From: Thermotogota bacterium | GTDB taxonomy: Bacteria; Bipolaricaulota; Bipolaricaulia; UBA7950; UBA9294 | Length of the DNA: 16,561 bases | Direction of reading: 5' to 3' | Assembly (NCBI GenBank): GCA_039679545.1 | Contig: JBDKUT010000110.1 | Coordinates: 1-16,561 of the forward strand | Part shown: positions 7,466 through 14,526 of the stretch, piece by piece | Layout: each line of letters opens with the position of its first letter | Numbering within the stretch: the first letter of the stretch is position 1 | Notes under the pieces: generated by a model | Told to the model about the DNA's origin: nothing | What the model saw: the letters and a program-made list of their open reading frames with translations, nothing else | Database searches by the model: none | Program-made: the position numbers and the translations under genes

Positions 7466-8155
7466 ATGAAGAAGATGCTTCTCGCTCTCTTGATCTCTGC
7501 CGCGCTGGGCGCAACCGCCTCGGCGAGCGCCACGCTGTCCGCAGATGTCGCGGACTACAACTTCGGGAACGTCGTCGAGGGGACGATCGTTGTTCACACG
7601 TTCATCCTCTCCAATCCGGGAACCCAGCCGATCGAGATTTCGAAGGTCCGCGCAAGCTGCGGCTGCACAGCGACCGCCCTCTCCGACTACTCTCTCGCCG
7701 CCGGCGAGTCCGTGCAGCTCGAAGCTCGCGTAGACACGAGCGGGTTCAGCGGCGACGTTGTGAAGTCAATCTACGTCGATTACACCGCGGGGGGCTCCGA
7801 GACGACAACGCTCACCCTGCACGTGGCGGGAACCGTGCTCCGTGCTCAGGCGTACAACATCACGGTGGGCGACCTCAACTACCTCTTCTACATCTTGATC
7901 GACCTCCGCGAACCTGGCGCCTATGCGACCGGGCACCTCATGGGTGCCCTCAACATCCCGTACGCCGAGCTGTCCGCGTGGATTGAGCGCCTCCCCAAGG
8001 GAGTCATCATCGTCCTCTACGACCAAGACGGAGTCCTCAGTGACCAGGCGGTCCAGGAGCTTCTGTCCGCGGGGTTCACCGACGCGCGCAGCCTCCTGGG
8101 CGGACTCAATGCCTGGACGCTTGCGTACGAGGACCAGTTCATCCTGAAGCCGTAA
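7466..8155 (+). CDS. Exported DUF1573 (Ig-like, SCGCT) plus rhodanese-like domain fusion; rhodanese catalytic Cys replaced by Asp
   Basis: SD AAAGGAG; signal peptide; YNFGNV..HTFILSN.G..PIEI..V.ASCGCT typical of DUF1573. C-terminal IDLRE...GHLMGALNIP...IVLYDQDG...LLGGLNAW is a rhodanese fold. 229 aa. Confidence 0.82.
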   Translation: MKKMLLALLISAALGATASASATLSADVADYNFGNVVEGTIVVHTFILSNPGTQPIEISKVRASCGCTATALSDYSLAAGESVQLEARVDTSGFSGDVVKSIYVDYTAGGSETTTLTLHVAGTVLRAQAYNITVGDLNYLFYILIDLREPGAYATGHLMGALNIPYAELSAWIERLPKGVIIVLYDQDGVLSDQAVQELLSAGFTDARSLLGGLNAWTLAYEDQFILKP

Positions 8156-8280
8156 TGCATGCGGGACCGCCGCGGCCGGGACGGGAGAACCGCCGACCGC
8201 GGCGAGACCGCGGGGTCACGAGAGGGTTCATCGGGGTTTCCTGCCCGCCCTGCTTGCGGCAGGAAGACGGGAGGGATGAG

Positions 8281-8763
8281 ATGGGTGGTCGTCTCGCGGC
8301 GGTCTTGCTTCTCGCGTTGTCGTTCTGCGCCGTTGCGGGCTTCCGCGGCTCGGCCGAGGACCTGCCCGTGGTCGTCGCGTTCTACGAAGACGGGTGCCCT
8401 GACTGCGCCCGGATCGACGAAGTCCTCGTAGCCCTCGCCTCCGACTTGCCCGCGTTCGCCGTGCGCCGCTACGAGATCTCGGAGCCCGGTTCCATGCGAA
8501 TCCTGCGCCGCCTCATGGCGGCCTACGACCTGAGTGAGACGACGGCCACGGTTCCCATTGTGTTCGTCGGGGACACCGTGATCATCGGGGCCGATCGCGC
8601 TCAGGAGCTGAAGTTGATGGATGCAATCAGCCGTTGCGCCAGGTCCGAGTGCCCATCCCCTCTTGCCCGCATTGACCTCACGTCCTTCCCCTGGAAGGAC
8701 GTAGCGCGCCTCGCCCTCCTCGTAGGGCTTGTCCTTCTCCTGACGCTCCTGCAATTCTCCTAG
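8281..8763 (+). CDS. Membrane-anchored thioredoxin/glutaredoxin-fold protein (CPDC)
   Basis: ATG 8281 after GGGAGG; N-terminal signal peptide; FYEDGCPDC, cis-Pro motif TVPIVFVGD, second Cys pair CARSEC, C-terminal TM helix; 160 aa. Confidence 0.72.
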   Translation: MGGRLAAVLLLALSFCAVAGFRGSAEDLPVVVAFYEDGCPDCARIDEVLVALASDLPAFAVRRYEISEPGSMRILRRLMAAYDLSETTATVPIVFVGDTVIIGADRAQELKLMDAISRCARSECPSPLARIDLTSFPWKDVARLALLVGLVLLLTLLQFS

Positions 8764-8791
8764 ATCCGAGGACCCGCCCACCCAAGAGCGG

Positions 8792-8797
8792 TATACT
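8792..8797 (+). promoter_or_regulatory. Putative -10 element upstream of the sigma factor gene
   Basis: TATACT just upstream of SD GGAGG (8804-8808); no convincing -35. Confidence 0.35.
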
Positions 8798-8812
8798 ACT
8801 CGCGGAGGCATC

Positions 8813-9670
8813 TTGAGCGACGGAGAGCGCACGGAGCGCCGAACGCGATCGATCCCCTTCGGCCGACTCGAGAACGAAGAACTCATTGACCTTCTGCGCA
8901 AGGCCGTCGGTGCGACTCACACCGACGTCGACGTTTCGCGGCTGCGCGAGGAAATCGTCACGCGGAACATTGGATTGGTGAAGTCGATCGCCGTCAAATT
9001 CCTGACCTCTGGGGAACCTCTCGACGACCTGATTCAGGCCGGCTACATCGGGCTCCTGAATGCCGTGGCAAACTTCGACCTGGCACGGAACACCCGTTTC
9101 TCGACGTACGCCACCTACTTGATTCAGGGGGAAATCCGCCACTTCATCCGTGACAAGCACGCGCCCATCCGCGTCCCCCAGTGGGTCCAAACGATGAACC
9201 GGCAAATCAAGGAGGCCGAGGAGTCTCTGTTCAAAGAGCGCGGCCGAGCCCCGACGCTGGCGGAGCTGGCGGCGTCCCTCGAGCTGACCTCCGATCAACT
9301 GGCGGCACTGCTCCGCGGGCGGGAGTCCATGACGTACGTGTCGATTGATCGGGAGCGGCGTTCGAGCGACCCCAACCCTTCTCCTCCCTCGCTGGACGAG
9401 GTTCTCCCGCCGTCCGGCGAGGAGATGCCTCTCGACACGCGCCTCCGCATCGTCGTCGCCATCGAGCAGCTGGCCGAGATCCAGCAACAGATTCTCCAGG
9501 GGCTTTTCTATCGTGGAAAGAGCCAATTCGAAGTTGGAAAGGAGCTCGGGATCTCGCAGCGCCAGGTGTCACGCATCAAGGAGCGCGCGCTCTCCGATCT
9601 TCGCGACACCCTGTGCCGGCCGGCCGACCCGGCGGATGAAGAAACTGGAGAAGCGCGCGACGTGGAATAA
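8813..9670 (+). CDS. RNA polymerase sigma factor, SigB/SigF/SigG family (sigma-70 group 3)
   Basis: TTG start with GGAGG SD. Region 2 NIGLVKSIA...DDLIQAGYIGLLNAV..FD....RFSTYA...I.GEIRHFIRD; region 3 GRAPTLAELA; region 4 SQFEVGKELGISQRQVSRI. 285 aa. Confidence 0.9.
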   Translation: MSDGERTERRTRSIPFGRLENEELIDLLRKAVGATHTDVDVSRLREEIVTRNIGLVKSIAVKFLTSGEPLDDLIQAGYIGLLNAVANFDLARNTRFSTYATYLIQGEIRHFIRDKHAPIRVPQWVQTMNRQIKEAEESLFKERGRAPTLAELAASLELTSDQLAALLRGRESMTYVSIDRERRSSDPNPSPPSLDEVLPPSGEEMPLDTRLRIVVAIEQLAEIQQQILQGLFYRGKSQFEVGKELGISQRQVSRIKERALSDLRDTLCRPADPADEETGEARDVE

Positions 9671-9679
9671 TCGAGCCGT

Positions 9680-9976
9680 ATGGGGGATCAGGGAGTGAAT
9701 CGAACTGAGGATCGAGTGGATCTTTTGCTCTTGATCGGACACGCCATTGACGGCCTTCGGCAATCCATCGACTACCTCGACACGGCCAATCGTGCTGACG
9801 GACTCCTCCACCTAGGGCAGGTCATCCGCGAAATCGACGGCTACATCGAGCACATCGACGACGACCCTCTCCTTCAGCTGGCCCCCCTTGCGCCGTCGCA
9901 CATCCGCTCTGGGCTGCTCAAGGTGCGCGAGGACCTCGCCGTGGTGATTCGAGATCTTGACCACCCCACGACGTAG
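9680..9976 (+). CDS. Hypothetical small helical protein
   Basis: Fills the gap between the sigma factor and SDR genes on the same strand; amphipathic helical pattern; start ATG 9680 or GTG 9695. No family recognised. Confidence 0.65.
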   Translation: MGDQGVNRTEDRVDLLLLIGHAIDGLRQSIDYLDTANRADGLLHLGQVIREIDGYIEHIDDDPLLQLAPLAPSHIRSGLLKVREDLAVVIRDLDHPTT

Positions 9977-10703
9977 TCTGGACCCATCCGTCAAAACCGC
10001 CGTCGTCACCGGCGGGACGAGGAACATCGGCCTTGCCATTGCCGAGGCACTGGGCGGCCTCGGCTACCGTCTCGTCCTCGTCTATCGAACCGACGAGGAG
10101 CAGGCCGAGATTGCCCGGAGCCGGCTCGAGACCCTCGGAGCGACGGCCCGCGCCGCACGCGCCGACGTCACGGACGAGGAGAACGTTCGCCGGTTCTTCG
10201 ACGAGGTAAGGAACGTGGAGGGGTGCCTCGATCTTCTCGTAAACAACGTTGGCGACTTTCTGTTCAAGCCGCTCTTCGAGACGACCTTAGTCGAGTGGAA
10301 CGCTGTCCTGCGGAGCAACCTAACGAGCGCGTTCTTGTGTACCAAGGCGGCGCTCCCCCTGTTGAGGGATCGCGGCGGCCAGGTCATCTCGATCGCGTCG
10401 ATGCACGCCGATGTGTTGCGGGCAGTCCCGAACACCCTTCCGTACGCAATCGCTAAGTCAGGGCTCGTGCTCCTGACAAAGTCGCTGGCGAAGTCGGAGG
10501 GCCCCTATGGAGTTCGAGCCAACGCCGTGTGCCCGGGGTTTGTCAGGTCCAGCGCCGGCCCGCATGTCGATCCGGCCACGATCCCTTGCGGAAGGCTTGC
10601 CGACCCCGCAGAGATCGCGCACGTCGTGCGCTTCCTGGTTTCAGACGACGCCTCCTACGTGACCGGCGCAGTAATCAACGTGCACGGGGGCGCTCTCTTG
10701 TAG
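9957..10703 (+). CDS. Short-chain dehydrogenase/reductase (classical SDR)
   Basis: TGGTRNIG glycine motif, NNVG, catalytic YAIAK, NAVCPG, YVTGAVINVHGG. The TTG 9957 start is uncertain and overlaps the upstream gene by 20 nt. Confidence 0.9.
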   Translation: MTTPRRSLDPSVKTAVVTGGTRNIGLAIAEALGGLGYRLVLVYRTDEEQAEIARSRLETLGATARAARADVTDEENVRRFFDEVRNVEGCLDLLVNNVGDFLFKPLFETTLVEWNAVLRSNLTSAFLCTKAALPLLRDRGGQVISIASMHADVLRAVPNTLPYAIAKSGLVLLTKSLAKSEGPYGVRANAVCPGFVRSSAGPHVDPATIPCGRLADPAEIAHVVRFLVSDDASYVTGAVINVHGGALL

Positions 10704-10705
10704 CT

Positions 10706-12241
10706 CTAGCCGCCGACCGCCGCCTCGTAGCCGCCGTTCGAACGCTCGATCTTGATCGTCGTCGTCTGTTGATCCGAGATGACGACCCGCTCAAGCACGA
10801 TCTCCGGCGACGTGTGGATGACGACACGGTAGGTTCCCGCCGGCAACTTTGGACCCTGATCCCCCATTGTTCCCTCATAGACGACGGTTCCCGCCGCGTC
10901 GTACACGGTGTACGCGAAGGCTGTCACCACGCTGAGGGCCGCCCGCAACTCCGCGATGTTGTTGGCGTCAAAGTACAGGCCGCTTGTCGTCTTGGCGATC
11001 TCCATCAGCTGCTCGCGCGCTTTGTTGTCCTGCCCGAGGCTGAACCCAACCACGTCGATCCGGAGGTCGTAGCCGGCGGCGATCAGCTGCCGCGCCGCCT
11101 CGACCGGGTTGCCTCCGCAGGTCTCCATGCCGTCGCTGACGAGAAGAATCAGCTTCGTGCCGGGCGCCTCGGCGAAGTCGTCCTTCGCGAGATCCAGCGC
11201 GTAGGCAAGCGGAGTCGCCCCGTTGGGCTGCATCGCACGCACCTGGCTCTTGAACCACTCATGATTCGGCTCGGAGACAATCTTCGAGATGACCTCGCTG
11301 TGACCGCAACCGCCGAACGACCGCATCCCTACGTACATCGCGGACGGGAGCGAATCGAGCAAATCGATGATCACCGTCTTCGCGACGTCGATCTTCACCT
11401 GCCCCTCAATGAACTCACCCATGCTCGACGAGGTGTCCAGCATGATCAGGAGGCTGTCCGGGGAGCGGTTCATGGAAAGCGAGAGCTCGCCCGCCGGCTG
11501 CAACTCCAAGCTTCCGTACTCCTCGCCGACGACGATTTCCTCGGCGGGCCCCATCGCTCCGATGGCGTCAATGCTCGGCCCCGCGCACTCCGAGTGGTTC
11601 TCGTCCGCCGGAACGTCGCTCAGGCGCACGAAGCGGAACCGATCTCCCGGGCCGGCGTACGGAGCGATGTCGATCATCCCGGGATACCCGATCGTCTGCC
11701 CGACAAAGAGGAAGCTCACGCCGTCCTCACTGATCTCTACGCGAGCCGGATGATCGTTCGTGATGTAGACGAAGAGGTCAGCGCCGGGGCCGTCGACCAA
11801 GACGTTGTCGATGAACTCGACGGTGAGGAACCCACGCGTGTCGAGGTCGCTCAGGCGGAACCCAAGGGCCACGGCGTTCGTGTCACATCCAGAGCAGGCC
11901 TTCAGCTGGTCAATGCCAGATCCCTGCGCCACAGCGGGCGCATTTCCTTGGTCCGATCCCTGCGAACTCTGGCTCGGGGCGCGTCCGCTGCACGTGTGAC
12001 ACCCACAAGGCGTCGCGTCCGGGGGACCGAGGGCTTCCTCCGGGTCATCGAAGGCGTCCCGCACACAACTGGCCGCGATGTACTCTACGACGCGGTCCGC
12101 AAACGCTTTGTCACCTTGAGGGTAGGTGATCCCAAAGTACGTGGTCGGTTGGCCGACCAACACGGTTGCGACAATCAAGACAGCAAGAACGACAGCGACG
12201 ACCCCACGCCCCACCAACCCGGTGTGCGTCCTGCGTTTCAT
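10706..12241 (-). CDS. Exported or membrane-anchored VWA-domain protein with an N-terminal beta-rich cell-surface domain
   Basis: SD GGAGGT; N-terminal hydrophobic helix; FADRVV...DPEEALGPPD...DNVLVDGPGADLFV...VEISEDG domain; VWA with intact MIDAS (DTSSS, GATP, SDG); 511 aa. Confidence 0.82.
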   Translation of the reverse strand: MKRRTHTGLVGRGVVAVVLAVLIVATVLVGQPTTYFGITYPQGDKAFADRVVEYIAASCVRDAFDDPEEALGPPDATPCGCHTCSGRAPSQSSQGSDQGNAPAVAQGSGIDQLKACSGCDTNAVALGFRLSDLDTRGFLTVEFIDNVLVDGPGADLFVYITNDHPARVEISEDGVSFLFVGQTIGYPGMIDIAPYAGPGDRFRFVRLSDVPADENHSECAGPSIDAIGAMGPAEEIVVGEEYGSLELQPAGELSLSMNRSPDSLLIMLDTSSSMGEFIEGQVKIDVAKTVIIDLLDSLPSAMYVGMRSFGGCGHSEVISKIVSEPNHEWFKSQVRAMQPNGATPLAYALDLAKDDFAEAPGTKLILLVSDGMETCGGNPVEAARQLIAAGYDLRIDVVGFSLGQDNKAREQLMEIAKTTSGLYFDANNIAELRAALSVVTAFAYTVYDAAGTVVYEGTMGDQGPKLPAGTYRVVIHTSPEIVLERVVISDQQTTTIKIERSNGGYEAAVGG

Positions 12242-12291
12242 CCAGCCACCTCCGCCCGAATCGAGTCCCCACCGATCATTGCCTAGGGCTC

Positions 12292-12320
12292 ATCATAGTT
12301 CGATCCCGGAAATAAGGCAA
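12292..12320 (-). promoter_or_regulatory. Putative sigma70 promoter for the VWA gene
   Basis: Minus strand TTGCCT (12320-12315), 17 bp spacer, TATGAT (12297-12292). Confidence 0.6.
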
Positions 12321-12371
12321 GTCTCGGCCTCTTCCACGATCACGTCCACGAGTATTCCTCGCGGCAAGCTG

Positions 12372-12400
12372 TTGAAAACCCCCAACCCGTTCGCTACCAT
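12372..12400 (+). promoter_or_regulatory. Putative sigma70 promoter for tRNA-Leu and possibly the plsX-fab operon
   Basis: TTGAAA (12372-12377), 17 bp spacer, TACCAT (12395-12400), then a GC-rich discriminator CCTCCGC, with the tRNA 10 nt after the -10. Confidence 0.65.
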
Positions 12401-12410
12401 CCTCCGCGTT

Positions 12411-12497
12411 GCCGAGGTGGCGGAATTGGCAGACGCGCATGGTTGAGGGCCATGTGGACATACAACGTCCGTGCGGGTTCAAGTCCCGCCCTCGGCA
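12411..12497 (+). tRNA. tRNA-Leu (anticodon GAG), CCA not encoded
   Basis: Acceptor stem GCCGAGG/CCTCGGC with discriminator A; D arm GGCGGAATTGGCAGACGC; anticodon stem CATGG/CCATG with loop TTGAGGG; long variable arm GGAC/GTCC; T arm GCGGGTTCAAGTCCCGC. Confidence 0.96.
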
Positions 12498-12534
12498 TTT
12501 CTCTTTCGTTCGTCATCCGAAAAAGTGAGGGGCG

Positions 12535-13548
12535 ATGCGAATCCTTCTCGACGTCATGGGAGGGGATCTCCCTCCGCGTGAGCTGATCCAAGGCGGTATC
12601 GCGGCCTCGCGGAATCAGTCGATCGACATCGTCTTCGCCGGAGACTCGCGCTCCATCGAGGCTGCGTTGGCCGACGCCGGAGAGCGCCTGGGAGAGCGGT
12701 TCAGCGTCGTTGCCAGCACGGACGTGGTAGCCAAGGACGATTCCCCGGTGAGGGCGGTTCGCGAGAAGAAGAGATCCTCTCTCGTGCTCGGTCTTGAGGC
12801 GCTGCGCCGCGGCGAGGCCGATGGCTTCGTCTCTCCGGGAAACACGGGTGCCGTGGTCGTTGGCTCCCTCTTCACCCTCGGTCGGATTGCCGCGATCCCC
12901 CGCCCCGGGCTCCTGGCCATCCTTCCGACGCTCCACGGACCGGACCTCCTCGTCATCGACGTCGGCGCGAATACCGACTGCTCCCCCGACCACCTTTCCG
13001 CGTTCGCCCTGATGGGCGCGACCTACGCACGAGAGATCCTAGGAATCGCTCAGCCCCGCGTCGGTCTACTCAACATCGGCACCGAAGAGACGAAGGGAAA
13101 CCGCATGGCCAAGGAGGCGTTCGCGCTTCTCTACTCGTCATCCCTCGACTTCACCGGAAACGTGGAGCCACACCACCTGCTGACCGAGCGCCCCGTGGAC
13201 GTCGTCGTCTGTGATGGGTTCGTCGGGAACATCTTTTTGAAGTCGATTGAGGGGGGGATCTCCGCCGTCACCAGCCTGCTCAAGAAGTCGATCATCCAGA
13301 ACGCGTTCGCGAAGGTCGGGGCGTTCTTGTTGAAGCGCGCCTTCTCCGACGTCCGCCAGGTTCTGTCCTACGAACGCCACGGCGGCGCGCCCCTGCTCGG
13401 CGTCGACGGCACTGTCGTCATCGCGCATGGGCGATCCGACGCGGAGGCCATCGAGAGCGCCATCGACGTCGCCCGGCGGCAGGTGGACGCCCGCCTTGTT
13501 GAGCGTTTCGGACGCGGCGTACAGGGATGGACGCGGAATGGGAGCTAG
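12535..13548 (+). CDS. plsX: Phosphate acyltransferase PlsX
   Basis: DVMGGD, VREKKRSS, GNTGA, RPG, DVGAN, LLNIGTEETKG, GNVE, DVVVCDGFVGN, GGAPLLG, HGRS motifs; 337 aa. Confidence 0.95.
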   Translation: MRILLDVMGGDLPPRELIQGGIAASRNQSIDIVFAGDSRSIEAALADAGERLGERFSVVASTDVVAKDDSPVRAVREKKRSSLVLGLEALRRGEADGFVSPGNTGAVVVGSLFTLGRIAAIPRPGLLAILPTLHGPDLLVIDVGANTDCSPDHLSAFALMGATYAREILGIAQPRVGLLNIGTEETKGNRMAKEAFALLYSSSLDFTGNVEPHHLLTERPVDVVVCDGFVGNIFLKSIEGGISAVTSLLKKSIIQNAFAKVGAFLLKRAFSDVRQVLSYERHGGAPLLGVDGTVVIAHGRSDAEAIESAIDVARRQVDARLVERFGRGVQGWTRNGS

Positions 13549-14515
13549 AATCGTCGGAACCGGATCGTATCTTCCTCCCCGCGCCGTTCCCAATCGCGAC
13601 CTTGAGAACCTCGTCGACACGTCGGACGAGTGGATTGTTCAGAGAACGGGGATTCGCGAACGCCACCTCCTCGAGGCGCAGGAGCTCCCGTCCGAGATGG
13701 GCGTCGCGGCAGGTCAGGCGGCGCTCGCAGCAGCCGGGACCGCCGCCAGCGACGTCGATCTCGTGCTCGTCGCGACGACCTTCCCGGACATGACCTGCCC
13801 GGGAACGGCGCCGTTCGTTGCCTCCGGCCTCGGGACCGGCGCCGCGCCGTTCTTCGATCTCACGGCTGGCTGCACGGGATTCATCTACGGGCTTGCCGTC
13901 GCCGAGGCCTTCCTCTCTTCGGGGCTGGCCGAGTGCGTCCTTCTCATCGGCTCCGAGGCCCTGTCGCGGGTCACCGACTGGCAGGACCGCCGCACCTGCG
14001 TCCTGTTCGGCGACGGCGCCGGAGCGGTGGTCCTGCGTCCCGGATCCGAGGGAGCGGGAGTGCTCGGCGTGTCCGTTCACGGGGATCCCGAGAAGGCGCT
14101 TCTCCTCCACATGCCTGCCGGAGGAACGCGCCTCCCGGCGAGTCACGAAACGGTGGACGCCCGCCTCCACTACCTACAGATGGAGGGCTCCGGCGTGTTC
14201 CGAAACGCTGTTCCCCTCATGGAGCGGGCGCTCGAGCGCGCCCTCGACAAGGCGGATCTGTCCCTGGACGAGGTCGCCTGGGTCATCCCTCACCAGGCGA
14301 ACCTCCGCATCATCGACGCCCTCGCACGCCGCATGGCGATTCCCCGGGAACGAGTCATCGCCAACCTCGACCGCGTCGCCAACACGTCCGCGGCGTCGAT
14401 TCCCATCGTCCTCGACGAGGCGGTGCGCCGGGGGCAGATCCAGCCCGGCAACGTCGTCGCCATGACCGCCTTCGGGGCGGGCGTTACGTACGGCGCCGCC
14501 ATCGTTCGGATGTGA
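13538..14515 (+). CDS. fabH: 3-oxoacyl-ACP synthase III
   Basis: ATG 13538 overlaps the plsX end. DTSDEWIVQRTGIRER, catalytic triad AGCTGF / PHQAN / NTSAAS, LFGDGAGA; 325 aa. Confidence 0.96.
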   Translation: MGARIVGTGSYLPPRAVPNRDLENLVDTSDEWIVQRTGIRERHLLEAQELPSEMGVAAGQAALAAAGTAASDVDLVLVATTFPDMTCPGTAPFVASGLGTGAAPFFDLTAGCTGFIYGLAVAEAFLSSGLAECVLLIGSEALSRVTDWQDRRTCVLFGDGAGAVVLRPGSEGAGVLGVSVHGDPEKALLLHMPAGGTRLPASHETVDARLHYLQMEGSGVFRNAVPLMERALERALDKADLSLDEVAWVIPHQANLRIIDALARRMAIPRERVIANLDRVANTSAASIPIVLDEAVRRGQIQPGNVVAMTAFGAGVTYGAAIVRM

Positions 14516-14526
14516 GGACAGAACCT

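Noticed and set aside
7270..7533. Long N-terminal extension of HypB (309-aa ORF)
   Set aside because: It runs through the divergent promoters and into the opposite-strand gene; SD and promoter positions support ATG 7269.
9957..10703. Calling this SDR a second fabG
   Set aside because: It lacks the NAGITRD and GQxNYAASK signatures present in the operonic fabG at 15395..16126; its substrate is unknown.
11990..12007. c-type heme-binding motif in the VWA protein
   Set aside because: The sequence is CGCHTC, which is CxCH and not CxxCH.
10529..12286. Long antisense ORFs (10529..12286 +, 1614..3245 -, 4762..5967 + and others)
   Set aside because: They mirror well-supported genes, carry no recognisable motifs, and are expected in high-GC coding DNA.
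12411..12534. tRNA-Leu as an integration site for an island or prophage
   Set aside because: No integrase and no duplicated tRNA 3' end were seen; core plsX-fab genes follow directly.
13630..14526. Apparent 592-aa FabD with a large N-terminal domain
   Set aside because: The extension is a shadow frame over fabH. FabD begins at ATG 14527 with its own SD.
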